Shown here in pieces: positions 36,841 to 51,505 of a stretch of DNA of 64,000 nt. This DNA comes from Eledone cirrhosa (taxonomy: Eukaryota). The notes under the pieces are model-generated. The model did no database searches and was not told the origin of the DNA. It was given only the letters and a program-made list of their open reading frames with translations. Made by a program: the position numbers and the translations under genes. Where the stretch lies: positions 35,898,001 to 35,962,000 of the forward strand of contig OZ024744.1 of the NCBI GenBank assembly GCA_964016885.1, given 5' to 3'. Each line of letters begins with the position of its first letter. The stretch's first letter is position 1.

Positions 36841-39800
36841 ATGGCGACTATACAAGTTGGATGTTTGAATGTACGTGGCCTGGGCATGCCCTGGAAACAG
36901 GGCCAGCTTTTAAATGATCCCAGGTCACATTGTATAGATGTGATAGCCATCACCGAGTCCAGGATTCACGACAAGCAGCAGCTAACCTCCATGTTCGATT
37001 ATTTTGAGATCTACGCATCTCTCTGTCAGCCAGGAGAGGGAGGGGGAGTTACTGTTTTGTTTCGAAAAACTTGGATCTGAAAATACAGACGATTAACTTG
37101 GACCCGGAGGGCAGCCTCGTAGTCCTGGACGTGAAGGTGGAGCTTTCCGACTGGGACATCGCGACCAGAGCTCTTCAAGCGTCTGGAGCCATTCCTGGGA
37201 ACGTCTCGCTCCTTATGTTTAAGGGGACTGAAATGGCATCTTAAACGCACGTTGGGACTATGTAGGAATTTGTGACAATAGAGGGGGGGGGGGTGTAATA
37301 GCCTCAAAAATCTCATCAGCCAATTCCAACTTGCTGATACATATCGACTAGACTTTCCAAGTACACCACTGTGGACGTGGTGCAACCGCCCTGTGTCTTC
37401 TAGATCGTATTTAGATAGATTTTTAATTAGACAGAATGATAAGTAAACATTAAGCTGTTCACAAATGTACATGGTTGCCTATTCAGACCACAAATTAGTC
37501 ACTTGCGTATTCAACCTTGATAGAACACATAGACAGAGACCCGGATACTGGAAGCTAAACATGTCGCTCCCGGTGCGTAATGCCTACAGTAAACGGATTA
37601 ACACCTTAGGTAAGTGCCTGTTGACGGGGGCGATCGTCAACAACAGGTGGTAGAGCTCTCTCAAGAGAGCAATTAGAATAGAATCGATAACATTTAGCAA
37701 GGAAGTAGCTTTAGAAAAAAACAAAACTGAAAAGGAACTGGTAGGTAAAGTGGAAGAGGCACTTAGGAATAGCAGTACAGCTGACGTGCTAGCGGCGAGA
37801 ACGGCTCTAGACCAGTTATTCAACGTGAAACACGAAGGTTGTATTGTCAGAAGTAGAACACGTGCTCTAAGAAACGAGGGAGCTAAAGCTGTTAATTGGG
37901 CTCGAGTGGCAGAGGCGAAAAGGGGCAACACAATTCGGTCTTTGCAAGACAAAGATTGACGCATTATACTTGAATCCAAGCAGATATTCACGGCCTTCCA
38001 GCAACATTTTGCAAAACTGTTCGGGCAAAGCGGTACGTCGAACGAGGTGATGGACTTCAGCTCCTACCTCGACGGCGTACCACGACTCTCGAGCACGGAT
38101 GCAGAGAGCTGCGAAAGGCCGATCACAGCGGGCGAAATAGAAGATGCCCTAGGCGTCTGCGGGAAACGCAAATCACCCGGTTTAGATGGTCTACCCTATG
38201 AGTTTTACATAGGCATGCCGGACTTGTTCTCTGGCGCCCTCGAAGCGGTCTACTGCAACTGGCAGCAGAACGGGACAATTCCCAGTTCTGTAGGCAGAGG
38301 CGTAGTAACGCTGATCAGGAAAGATGAGAACAAGGGGGATGAGATAAGAAATTTCAGGCCCATAACACTGCTCAACACAGAGTTAAAGATTTTGGTCAAG
38401 GTGTTAGCAGCGAGGCTGGCACTTGTCGTCTAGAACCTGGTAGGGGAAGCGCAAACGTGTGCAATCCCGACCAGGTCCATACACGACAACCTCCACCTCA
38501 TGCGATACATCATAGAGAGGGGTATGTGTGTAAACCTGGCTTCGGTGGGGCTCTGATCAATTTAGATCAGTCTAAGGCATTCGATAAGGTAGACCATCAA
38601 TACTTGGAAGCGGTTCTCAAGGCGGCCGGTTTCGGACACATCTTCAGAGGCTGGATCGCTGCCATGCACAGCAGCATTTGCTCGGCAGTCAAGGTGAATG
38701 GCTACTTATCGGAGTCATTCCAAATCATGCGTTTCATCCGTCAGGGATTCCCTCTCTCCTCCATTCTGTATGTACTGACTCTTGAGCCACTACTGCGGAA
38801 GCTGGAGCTATTGCAGGGCGTACCGATCGAACAAGGACTGCGGAAAGCAGCGTCGGCTTATGCCGACAACATAACCGTAATGATTTCGAAAACTTCGGAA
38901 ACCGGGGTAACGGCAACCTACTACAGGAATACGAAACGTTGACAGGAGCAACACTAAACCCAAAGAAGTCTGTCGGTTTTCAACTCGGTACATGGAGACG
39001 CAAACCCATGCCTTCCGACAGTGTCGCTGGATGCTGGACGGATGGACCGGTGAAATTGCTCGGGGTCTGGTTTGGTCCAGACCTCCAGGTGGACAAGAAC
39101 TGGAACGAGGTCACGGCGAAGGTGTTTGCACTCACCCAGAAGTGGGCTGAGTGCAAATTCTCCTTGAAAGGTCGAGCGGAGGTGGCGAACACTTACCTAG
39201 CGTCCGTCTTCTACTACCGCTGACAGTCGTGCCTTGCCTCCGGGAATACCTCACCAAAATGGAACGCCTACTTTTCAAGTTCCTCTGGAGGAAACAGGCT
39301 CCATTGTTGAGGAGATCCATCTGCTGTCAATACCGAAGGGATGGGCATGCCGTGGCTGATGATGCGCAAACACGCACTGAGGCTACGCCATCTCCATGTA
39401 TTCCTGACCGGTGAACCGGTGTAGCTGGCGTTTGTGAGACAAGCTCCTCCACAACTCATGTCACTAACCGAGCTGTAGTCATGGGTCAAGCGAAGACCAA
39501 AAATGGATGCCTGGTACCTCGAGGCCTACAGGCGCTCGCAGCCCTCTACCAAGCGGAAACGGCAATCAGCGGAGATTCCACTTCGACATTCTATAGGGGA
39601 TTAGTGGAGGATATGTGCGACGACGTTCTCGGGGAAACTCTAGCATCGAGGATGACGAACTGACCAGTCTGTTCGGGAGGACTTTCCGTCCAGGGCATAT
39701 GGATAACTTCCAGAGGTCTCTGGCCTGGCAGTGCTACCGAGGAGATCTACAAGTTCGAGACAAAGTCTACAGGCACGGACGCCCTTGCAGAAATCCTGCC

Positions 39801-40456
39801 AAAAGGACCTGTCCAAGATGCGAGCAGGACACCGAAACCGTTCTGCACGCATTTGTTCAGTACCCAAGGGTGACCGATCTGTGGAATTATGTCGAACAGC
39901 TACTGTCACGTGTGGGACGCATTCAGTTGTCAGCCGAGTCTATTGTGAGGATCACCCCGCCGCCTGAACGAAGGAGGGGCGGTTTTCTTCTGTCTGGAGG
40001 TAATATCGTGGACGTGGTTAAAAGGACTAAGGGCAAACACCTTTCTCTCCGGACAACAACTTATCTCCTTCTTTAAGTATCACTTCAGAAGGAAGGTGAG
40101 AGTGGAGAGAGAGGTGCTACACCACAGTAAATTCGCTGAAAGGTGGGTGAATCTGGCGAAAATGGCCCGAGTGAATGGAATCTCTGTATATAAACCTGTA
40201 GGTTGAGGAAGATAAACGGAGGGAAGACAGGAACATCTACAAAACGTGTTCCTGGTGTTGAGGGTTGTTCTATCAACGGGGTGTAAAACAACCCTGCAGT
40301 AACGTTGCCCCCTATTGGAGATTTCAATTTTTATTTTATTATATATAGTTTATTGTTATTTATTAATGTTAAAGTTATATGGTTTTTATGTAAAACCCCC
40401 ACCGTCACGTCTTGTAATGTCCCATTTTTGTACGCTCCTGTGGCAAATAAAGAAAG
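36841..40456 (+). mobile_element. Tx1/L1 LINE, whole ORF2 (APE-RT-ZnF) as pseudogene
   Basis: [52 protein letters not shown]; many stops; AATAAA + (TCTA)n at end. Confidence 0.92.
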
Positions 40457-40478
40457 ATATCTCTATCTATCTATCTAT

Positions 40479-41350
40479 TAAAGGGGAGTGTAACAGCCTC
40501 AAACAGTTAATCGGCCGATTTGACCTGGCCAATAGGTATCGACTAGATTTTTTCCGACTGTGCCACTGTGGATGTGGACTAAATTCAGCGGAACATCTAG
40601 ATCGTACCTAAATAGGGTTCTAGTTAGAAATAAGGATAGGGATATGTTAAGCTGTCCACAAATGTTCATGGTTGCCTATTCAGATCACAAACTAGTGACC
40701 TGCATGGTCAACCTTGATAGAACCCATAGACAAAGGCCCGGCTACTGGAAGCTGAACTTGTCGTTGCCGACATGCAAAGCCTACACTAGACGGATTAAAA
40801 CTTTAGTTAAACAACACTTGACATGGGCCATTGTCAACAACAGATGGTGGTACTCTCTCAAGAGGGCAGTTAGATTAGACTCGTTAGTTTTTAGTAAAGA
40901 ATTAGCGTTAAATAGAAATAGAACCGAGAAGGAACTGGTAATTAAAGTAGAAGAGGCAATTAGAAGTGACAACGTAGCCAGCGTGCTAGCAAGAGAACGG
41001 CCTTGTTAGAAGCAAAATACGTGCTCTGGGAAACGAGAGAGCCAAAGCTGTTAGCTGGGCCCGAGTGACGGAGGCAAAAAGTGGCAACAAGTCCACGATT
41101 CGGTCTTTGAAGGACCAAATCAGCCTGTAGGTTGAGGAAAGGGAGGAGGAGAGGAAAGAAGTACAAACTCTTTGTACTCCTGGAGATGAGGGTTGCACCT
41201 TTTTGTTCGGGGGTATGTGTTATCATATGTAATGTCTCCCCCTATTGGGGAAAATCGACTAATTTTTAAATTGCATTTGTGATAATATTTTACACGTTTT
41301 TATTGTATGTAAACTTCCCCCTTTGAATTTGTCCCCTTCTTTTGTGCCCT
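40479..41350 (+). mobile_element. Tx1/L1 LINE, internally deleted
   Basis: Endonuclease C-terminus joined at ~41120 to the 3' UTR; (TCTA)n on both sides. Confidence 0.85.
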
Positions 41351-41375
41351 ATCTATCTATCTATCTATCTATCTC

Positions 41376-41448
<73 letters not shown>

Positions 41449-41449
41449 T

Positions 41450-44400
41450 TGCCTGACGCGTGGAAATTCGCTTGTAAGCGTTTTTGTAAATTTCTATACA
41501 AAAAAACTGAACTAATAGTTTGAAAAAACAAATCATTTTGTAATTTAACCCCCAAGCTGAATTGTCAGCTGGGTGGTAATCCCATTTTTCGCCCCTTTAG
41601 GAGCGAAAATTTAATTTAAAAATTGTTTTAAAAAATCAAATTTTGCCGACTATAAAACATGAATAACTCGGAAAGAACGCCGGAGAACGTTAACAAAGAG
41701 AAGAGAGGTAGAAAGGCAGATATTAACGTTATATCTGCTTCTGCCACTATGGACGTCGTCATGGATATGACTGTCAATAAAGAAAAAACATTATTGCCAC
41801 TTGAACATTTAAAAATTTCTACCGTCGAAGCGGAGAAAAATAACACACAACATACACAGGAAAACAGGAATTAAACCTATTAAAATACATACACATGAAA
41901 CAGCCAACAACAACAACAACTCGCTAGATACATCTACAGATAAAATTTCACCTCGTCAAGAAATTGCGATTTATAACACTAAGGCTGACAACGACGACGA
42001 CGACAACAACAACAACAACAACAGCAACACCACAAAACAAAATGTCTTTCGCTGAAACAGTGAACAAAAAACAAGATTTTATAAATTTTGATATCTCCAA
42101 TGCAAGAGATATGCTCCAGCAAGGGAGAAAATTTATAACTTTCGAAGACAAGGGTGGGTTTAGAATCAACTCACCCCTCGAAATAAAAGAAGAGACGGTT
42201 CGAAGGACAGTGACTTTCAGGACTGTCTCAAACACAACGAGAAAGCCAATATTTGTGAGTCAAGGAGAAATAGAAGCCACCTTGAAGGAGACTCTAGAAA
42301 ATATTGACTTTCTTCAACGAGGAAGACAGTACTGAAGTATTTCTGTACTGTTTAAAAGCGAGGCACTCGCCCAAAAACATTCTGTGACACCAATGGTGTC
42401 AAAAGCATTCACCTTTTTCCCTACGTACATGGGAAAAAGGACACAAAAAATAAAAAATAAAAATATACCACCAAACATTAACATCAGGTGGATCTTGGCT
42501 GGCTTCGTGGAGCGAGAGACTGATGCTATTCTTTCGATATGGAAGTCTATTAGACAAAGGGCGGGTACTGATTTGGAGATTCTGATGCAGATGAGGCCAG
42601 AGAGAATCTCATAAATACCCGAGAAAGTCGTCAACGAGGACAACAACAAAATAAACATTTCGGTGGAGGGGCGTAAACAACACACCTAAATGTCTCCTGT
42701 CCTTCACAAACACACACAACAACATCATTAAAAAAACACTAGTACCAACACCAGCATCTAAACAATCACCACCACAAGTACAACAACAAACGAAACGAGC
42801 AAACACACCAAAACAAACAGCCACTCAACCAACAACAACAGAAAAAACACAGACAACACCCCTGAAGAACACAACCCCACCCCATCCCACTCCATCAAAC
42901 ACGACCACAAACACACACACCTAAACACCACCACCACACAACGTACGGCTACATCACACTCCTGACGATGATTATTCACCGACAGATGAGGCTGCTTCCT
43001 CTTCTTTAAGAGAAGAAGGAGAGCCTCGGAAATCTAAAAAAGAAAAAAAAAGAAACATCACAAACCCCCTAAAACCCCAATCACCAACATCAACATACAA
43101 CCACAAACACAAACAACAACACAAACAACACCACAGTAAAAAATCCCCCTACCAACAAAACCAACAGCAACACCACCCCAAGCACAAGCACCCACCATAA
43201 AAAGAAAACTCCCGGACGAACAACAAAAAACAACAACACAACAAAAACACAAACACCTATACGCATGCATCAACACAAACAACAAGAGTTTGATGGAGGT
43301 CATCTCCCAAAACCCCAAGGTGGAGAGGGAGGGCAAAACTTCCGTCAAAGCAGAATCGTCTCCACACCTTAAACTTATAAGGGTTTCTATGGAGACCTAT
43401 AGTGACCTGAAAAATAAATTTTCGCAGGACGTGGGCAACCCCCGCCAGAAACCCATCAACCCCGTCCTACTAAAATGTTTCCCACCTCACCCAACAACCC
43501 CTCCAGCACCCAAATGGAGATTGAACAACCCGATCTCCTGGAAACGAAAAGGTAAGTGTGTCTTTTCGTCCTTTTTCTCCAACTCTTCTTCACCAACATG
43601 GCTTGTTTACGAGTTGGAAGCGTGAATGTGCGTGGCCTAGAGATGCCCTAGAAACAGGGCCAACATTTGAACGACCTTAGGTCACACGGTATGGATGTGA
43701 TAGCCATCACCGAAGTCCAGGATCCACAACAGGCAGCAACTAACCCTCATCGTCGACGACTTTGAGATCTACGCATCTCTCTGTCAGCCAGGAGGTGGAG
43801 GGGAGTGACTGTCATGTTTCGGAAGAACCTGGTTGTAGTACAGCAAGAACACTTGGACCCGGAGGGTAGACTAGTAGTCCTAGAGTATTGGAGGTGGAGC
43901 TTTCAGACAGGGGGCCGTTTATGCCCCGACCCGGCAATCACAATCGCGGCCAGACTTCTTTAAGCGTCTAGAGTCTTTTCTAGGAACGTCTCGCTCCTTC
44001 CTTTTAGTGGAGGACAGGAACGGTATCCTAGATGCACGATAGGACTATGTGGGAACATGTCCCAGTAGAGGGGGGTGCAACAGCCTCAAAACTTTAATCA
44101 GCCAATTCCAGCTGGCCGATAGGTATTGACTAAATTTCCGGACTGCACCACAGTGGACCTGGGCAAACCGCAGCGGGCCATCTAGATCGTATTTAGATAG
44201 GTTCTTCATTAGAGAAAGGGACAAGGAGATGTTAAGCTGTTCACGAATGCACATGGTTGCCTATTCAGATCACAAATTAGTCGTCTGCATAGTCAACCGT
44301 GATAGAACACAGAAATAGGGACCCGGATACTGGAAGCCGAACGTGTCGTTGCCGGCACGTAAAGCTTACAGTGAATGGATAAGTAGACTAGTCAAGCAAC

Positions 44401-47263
44401 AATTAACGGAAGCCATTGTTAAAAATAGATGGTGGGTACTCTCTCAAGAAAGCAATTAGAGTGGAATGGATAGGGTTTAGCAGAGAATTAGCCTCAGAGA
44501 GAAACAAAATAGAAAGAGAACTAGTAGCCAAGGTAGAGGAGGCACTTAGAATTGGCAACGCGGCTAGAGTGTTATCGTCGAGAACGGCACTGGACCAGTT
44601 CTTCAATGCGACACACGAAGGCTGCCTGGTCAGAGGCAAAACACGTGCTCTAGGAAACGAAGGAGCGAAAGCTGTCAGCTGGGCCCGAATGGCGGAGGCA
44701 AAAAGTGGCAACAAGTCCACGATTCGGTTTTGAAAGACCAAAACGGACGCGTGCTACTTGACCCCAAGCAAATTTGCGCGGCCTTTCAGCAGCACTTTGC
44801 GCAACTGTTTGAGCAGAACGACAGTGAGCCGAGCGGGGCAATGGACTTTAGTTCATACCTCGACTTTAGTTCATACCTCGAACACGGACGCCGAGTTCTG
44901 CGAAAGGCCGATCACGGACACTGAGATACAGGACGCTCTGGGCGCTGCGGGAAACGCAAATCACCCAGTCTAGATGGCCTACCCTATGAGTTTTACATAG
45001 GCATGCCTGACTTGTTCTCTGGCGTCCTCGAAACCATCTACTGCAATTGGCAGCAGAACGGGACAATTCCCAGTTCTGCAGGCAAGGACGTAGTAAGGCT
45101 GATCAGGAAAGACGAGAACAAGGGGAACGAAATTAACAACTTCAGGGCCATAACTCTGCTCAACACAGAGTTAAAGATTTTGGTGAAGGTGCTAGTGACG
45201 AGGTTGACGCTTGTCGTCGAGAACCTGGTAGGGAAAGCAGAAACGTGTGCAATCCCAACCAGGTCCATACACGACAGCCTCCACCTCATGCGATACATCA
45301 TAGAGAGGGTGGGTAGTAAATCCGACTTTGGTGGAGCTCTGATCAATTTGGATCAATCTAAGGCATTCGATAGGGTCGACCATCGATACTTGGAAGCGGT
45401 TCTCAATGCCGCCTGTTTCGGTCGTTTTTCAGAGGCTGGATCAAGGTGTTGCACACCAGCATCTACTCGAGGTTCAAGGTGAACGGCTACCTATCGGAGC
45501 CGTTCACAATCACGCGTTCCATTCAACAGGGATGCCTTCTCTCCTCCATTCTGTACGTATTGACTCTAGAGCCACTACTGCGGGAAATGGAGCTGTTGCA
45601 GGGCATCCCTCTAGAACCGGGACTGAGCAAAGAGGCGTCGGCTTATACCAACGACGTGACGGTACTGGTGTCGAGCACGTCGGAAATCGGGGTGATCGGC
45701 AACTTACTGAAAGAATACGAAACGCTGAAGGGAACAAAACTAAACCCGGACAAGTCTGTCCGTTTGCAACTCGCTACGTGGAGAGGCAAACTAATGACGT
45801 CCGACAGCTTTGTTGGACGCTGGGCGGATAGAGCGGTGAAATTGCTCGGCGTTTGGTTCGGTCCAGACCTCCAGGTGGAGAAAAACTGGAACGAGGTCAC
45901 GGCCAAGGTGTTTGCGCTCACCCAGAAGTGGGCAGAGTGCAAACTGTCCTTGAAAGGTCGAGTGGAGGTGGCGAACACTTTCATAGCGGCCGTCATCTAC
46001 TACCGCTTGACTGTCGTGCCTTGTCTCCGTGAACACCTCGCCAAGATGGAACACATGCTCTTCCAGTTTCTGTGGAAGAAGCAGGCTCCCTAGTGAGGTG
46101 ATCCGTCTACTGTCAGCACTCTTCCAACGGAGGGCTGGGAATGCGGTGGCGGATGATGCGCAAACATGCTCTGAGGCTACGGCATCTCTAGGTATTCCTC
46201 ACAGACCACCAACCGGTGTGGGCACCGTTTGTGAGACAGGCTTTCCCGCAGCTCGTCTCGCTGATGGAGCTGCTGTCCTGGGTCAAGAAAAGACCGAAAA
46301 CGATGGGCGCCTGGCACACTGAATGCGCTCAGGCGCTCACAGTCCTCTGGCAAGCGAGCACAGCAATCAGTGGGGACTCCACTTCGACATTCTATGGAGG
46401 GATTGTACGTTACAAGTGTGACGACGTGCTCGGGGAGACTCTAGGCGTCGAAGACGATGAGCTTACCAGTCTCTTTGGTAGGACTTTCTGCACGAGACCT
46501 ATGGACAACTTCCAGAGGTCCCTGGCCTGGCAGTGCTACTGAGGAGCTCTACCAGTTGATGACAAGATCTACAGGCACGAGCGCCCCGGCAGGGATCCTT
46601 CCAAGAGGACGTGTCCAAGATGCGAGCAGGACATTGAAATTGTCCTGCACGCAATTGTACACTGCCCGAGCGTAACCGACCTGTGGAACTATGCAGAACA
46701 ACTGCTGTCGCATATGGGACAAATCCAATTGACTGCCGAGTCCATAGTAAGGATCAAACCGCCAACTTCTTTCAAAAACGAAAGAGAGGCGGTTTTCCTC
46801 TGTACAGTGGTTATGGTGAAAGAGGTTATATGGTGGACGTGATTGAGAGGACTGAGGACAGATGCCTTTCTCTCCGGACAACAACTCATTCCCTTCTTTA
46901 GATACCACTTTAGAAGGAGAATCAGAATGGAGAGAGAGGCACTGCACCCCAGTAAATTTACTGAAAGGTGGGTGAATGAAGCGAAAATGGCCCGAGTGAT
47001 TGGGCCATCTCTGTTTATAAGCCTGTAGGTTAAAGAAGAGAGCAAAAGGAAGAAAGGAGCACTTGCACCACACGCTCCTGAAGTTGAGGGTTGTTCTATC
47101 GACGGGGTATTAACAACCCATTTGTGACGCCTCCCCCCTATTGGGGATTTCGATTGTTATATTTGTTTGTTTCAATATTTTTTTACACGACTGTATGTAC
47201 AATCCCCCGGCATGTCTTTGTATTGTCCCCATTTCTTGTGCGCCCTTGTGGCAAATAAAGAAA
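41450..47263 (+). mobile_element. Full-length decayed Tx1/L1 LINE (ORF1 ~41659-43550, ORF2 43598-47028)
   Basis: ORF2 starts MACLRVG..NVRGL; RT and C-terminal motifs; AATAAA at ~47254. Confidence 0.9.
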
Positions 47264-47274
47264 TCTATTTATCT

Positions 47275-48900
47275 GTCTTGACGGATAGACGTGATACAGC
47301 TCAACGGTGAGTTTTTGTTCAATTTTCTATAAGAAAATCTTGAATCGTAAATTTTAATTTACATTGATTTACAGATAAACCAACAACCTGAAACTTCAGG
47401 TTTCTCTAAGTTTCAAGCCCTTAGGGGCGAAAATTTGCTGTTTGTAAAATTTAAAATTTTATTCGTAAAATCTTACCATAGCTGAACGAACGATGAGGGG
47501 AGTGTAAATCAAGACGTTTTGCCTTCTACTACTCAAACTGTCAAGTCGTTCGTAGCTATGACAACCATAGAGACAGATGATATCAAGAAATATTTTTGTA
47601 TTTAAAACATTATGAAAACCAACAACAACAACAACTTAAATGAAAATAATAACAACAGATAGACGAATTCAACAAACGAAAACAACAACAACATGAACAT
47701 AAACCAAGAGAAAAATAACACCAACAACAAGGAAAATAACAACCAGAATGACAAAAACAACAACAACAACCACAACAACAGTGACAACAAGAACCACGTC
47801 CTCGCGAAAAAGACATTTCTGGCAACTGTTGCCAAGGAGACGGAATTTATCGAAGGATACTGCAAAATATATAACAGTCGGAAAGTAGGGCTGCAACCTA
47901 TAGAACTATTTCTATAGAATCTAGAAAAACCCGTTTCTCTTCCTCAATATGTAGTAGAAGCTATATTAAAGAGGCAATGCCAGACATTGCCTACCTTCAG
48001 CGGGCCAAGCAATATGGCAGCATCTTGGGGCCCTTCAACAGCGAGGCCCTCGCTCAAAATTATTCGGTGACACCCATTAATACGAGCCAATACATCTTCT
48101 CTACATACATGGGAAGAAGAACACACAAGATATAAGTACCCCAAATCCCACCGAACACCAGCATATGGTAGATCCTGGATAGCTTTTTGAAAGAGGGTGA
48201 AGACATCCTCCTTTCTGTAAAGAAATCATCCAGTTGAAATCCCGGTTGAAATCCCGGTCCAAATGAAGTTAGAAAGAGTTTCAAAGATACCTGAAAGGTT
48301 ACCTGTTGATAACAGCCACATTATCAACATCACCGTAGAAGAGAAAAAACACAGTGTTTTAAATGTGGCAAAAGCCTTCTGCCCAATAGTAAGCACACCG
48401 AAACAAAACAAGGTGTTGCTACCAACACCCAAACCCCAACAGCAACATCCGAAAACAAAGAACACAGCGCCAAAACAGAACAAAAACCATCAACATCTAC
48501 TCCACCACCACCACAAAACGTAAAAGACACCACTCCAAAACTCCCCCTGAAGGACTCTCCCTTACTCCTTCCCACTCTGTTTAACACTCCACCAAACAAC
48601 ACACTCCTCCCACATACCCCCGATGTTAACATCTGTGACGCGGCAACCTCCTTATCTCCAAGCGAAGATAAAGAGTAGCTCCCAAATTAGAAAAAGATAC
48701 CACAAAGACACAAAAACACCAACCACCAACACAAATACACCGCCACCACCACAAACGACAACTACACCAACAACACATATACCACCACTACAATCACCCC
48801 TCCCCCTACCAGCAAAACAAACACCAACACTATCACAAGCACAAATACCTACCACTAAACGAAAACTAGAGAACAAACAACACATAGAATACCCCGTCAT
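47275..48900 (+). mobile_element. 5' UTR + ORF1 remnant of another Tx1/L1 LINE
   Basis: 5' UTR and ORF1 fragments (PTYMG, IPPN, INITVE) parallel 41450-43300. Confidence 0.7.
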
Positions 48901-49069
48901 TCTTGCTATTGAGTTGGCATATTAAGGGAACCAGCGCGCTGTTTATATGCCAACTCATGGGGAAGAATGACGAGGTTATTCTATTGACATGGCTTAAGGT
49001 GGCCGTTTGCATAATTGCAAACGAAACGAATATTATTATTAATATTCGAAAAACTCAAATTTACAATTT

Positions 49070-49138
<69 letters not shown>

Positions 49139-49144
<6 letters not shown>

Positions 49145-50888
49145 CAAATAACGAAACGAAATTAAATTTCGTTTCGTTTGTAACTCACTTTTGTATGACT
49201 GACGCTTAAACAATTAAGTTAAAAATGTACATCCACATATGTATACTGAAATACTAGTATGCATATGAATACACACACGTGTACATATGTAGATGTACCG
49301 AGTTTTCACTGGTCACTTTACTGTGAGTGTCCAGCTATTCCGTATGTAGACACACAGACAAACCGGTTCTTAGAGTCATACTGGTTTTTGAGGAAACACC
49401 TTTCCTCTATTCTCCAGAAAGCCAGACAAGGAATATTGGACTAGTTTCGATGTTGTTACATCTCATCAGCAATATTTACCTATCTTCCGGCTTCTCTAGA
49501 GAATCGTGAAAGCACATATCGTTATATGCTTTTTCTATGAAAATTAGTAGTGGGCAGACCAATTTGCATAGAGCGTGAGTACGTACCGGTTCAACGGAGA
49601 CGATAAAAACAAATAACGAAACGAAATTAAATTTCGTTTCGTTTGTAACTCACTTTTGTATGACTGACGCTTAAACAATTAAGTTAAAAATGTACATCCA
49701 CATATGTATACTGAAATACTAGTATGCATATGAATACACACACGTGTACATATGTAGATGTACCGAGTTTTCACTGGTCACTTTACTGTGAGTGTCCAGC
49801 TATTCCGTATGTAGACACACAGACAAACCGGTTCTTAGAGTCATACTGGTTTTTGAGGAAACACCTTTCCTCTATTCTCCAGAAAGCCAGACAAGGAATA
49901 TTGGACTAGTTTCGATGTTGTTACATCTCATCAGCAATATTTACCTATCTTCCGGCTTCTCTAGAGAATCGTGAAAGCACATATCGTTATATGCTTTTTC
50001 TATGAAAATTAGTAGTGGGCAGACCAATTTGCATAGAGCGTGAGTACGTACCGGTTCAACGGAGACGATAAAAACAAATAACGAAACGAAATTAAATTTC
50101 GTTTCGTTTGTAACTCACTTTTGTATGACTGACGCTTAAACAATTAAGTTAAAAATGTACATCCACATATGTATACTGAAATACTAGTATGCATATGAAT
50201 ACACACACGTGTACATATGTAGATGTACCGAGTTTTCACTGGTCACTTTACTGTGAGTGTCCAGCTATTCCGTATGTAGACACACAGACAAACCGGTTCT
50301 TAGAGTCATACTGGTTTTTGAGGAAACACCTTTCCTCTATTCTCCAGAAAGCCAGACAAGGAATATTGGACTAGTTTCGATGTTGTTACATCTCATCAGC
50401 AATATTTACCTATCTTCCGGCTTCTCTAGAGAATCGTGAAAGCACATATCGTTATATGCTTTTTCTATGAAAATTAGTAGTGGGCAGACCAATTTGCATA
50501 GAGCGTGAGTACGTACCGGTTCAACGGAGACGATAAAAACAAATAACGAAACGAAATTAAATTTCGTTTCGTTTGTAACTCACTTTTGTATGACTGACGC
50601 TTAAACAATTAAGTTAAAAAAGATGTAACAAAAGAGATGTAACAACATCGAAACTAGTCCAATATTCCTTGTCTGGCTTTCTGGAGAATAGAGGAAAGGT
50701 GTTTCCTCAAAAACCAGTATGACTCTAAGAACCGGTTTGTCTGTGTGTCTACATACGGAATAGCTGGACACTCACAGTAAAGTGACCAGTGAAAACTCGG
50801 TACATCTACATATGTACACGTGTGTGTATTCATATGCATACTAGTATTTCAGTATACATATGTGGATGTACATTTTTAACTTAATTGT
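49139..50888 (-). mobile_element. Retrozyme-like tandem array 1: 3.2 x 465 bp plus inverted 268 bp arm
   Basis: Identical units at 465 bp spacing; inversion junction at 50620/50621; (TA)n flanks. Confidence 0.92.
49432..49476 (-). ncRNA. Type I HHR, GUC site (repeated at 49897-49941, 50362-50406)
   Basis: aatattg-CTGATGA-gatgt aaca acatc-GAAA-CTAG-TC-caatatt. Confidence 0.95.
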
Positions 50889-50900
50889 ATATATATATAT

Positions 50901-51232
50901 ATTTATTAAAATAACAGATTAAAGTTTAAGCAAAGAATCGCTGCTTTCACCCTTTTTTCCCGTTCTTAGCCAGCGAACGTTTTCACGAACCAAAGTATCG
51001 TCTTCCTGTCTTCCTCCGGTTGCAACGTTTTTTGAAATTACCAGTTCTGCGTTTACAGATTGACTTTGTTAGTTTTAGAAGATCCCGTTAAGGGTGAAAG
51101 CAGCGATTCTTTGCTTAAACTTTAATCTGTTATTTTAATAAATATTTGCTCTACGGTTCTTATATATTTGATATATATTTATCCTTATCGAGCCTTCTTT
51201 TGATTTTAGTCTTCAAATATATTATTATTACT
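50901..51232. mobile_element. Inverted-arm element, CAGAAGA-HHR family (HHR at 51071-51121, core TAGAAGA)
   Basis: 50901-50954 inverted to ~51089-51143; ~90 nt tail. Confidence 0.75.
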
Positions 51233-51434
51233 ATATATATATATATATATATATTTATTTATACTATCTTACCTGTTCCAGCCATCTGGCTGAGACCATG
51301 CTGGAAGATAGTTGGTTTTTGAAACAGCGAGCGAGTTTGAAATTAGAAATAGCTTTCACCGTAGTTTTGACTAAAGAAATTTCAGCCTGATAGTGGGGTT
51401 TAGAACCTTCTAAGAAATGGAAAAAGATGAGTAT

Positions 51435-51505
51435 TGATGTACATGGGAGTCGAACCCACATTTTCGGTTATCGAGACCATTGTGCTACCATTACACCAAC
51501 ACATC
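51435..51505 (-). tRNA. tRNA-like cloverleaf, anticodon CGA with short variable loop (pseudo-tRNA or atypical)
   Basis: GATGTGT TG GTGT AATGGTA GCAC A ATGGT CTCGATA ACCGA AAAT GTGGG TTCGACT CCCAT GTACATC A; T5 run ~10 nt downstream. Confidence 0.6.

Noticed and set aside
49193-49267. Possible opposite-polarity hammerhead in the unit (CTGACGC...GAAA-TACTAGTA-TG)
   Set aside because: A9 replaced, no convincing stem II, G at the cleavage position; no support for an ambisense viroid-like RNA.
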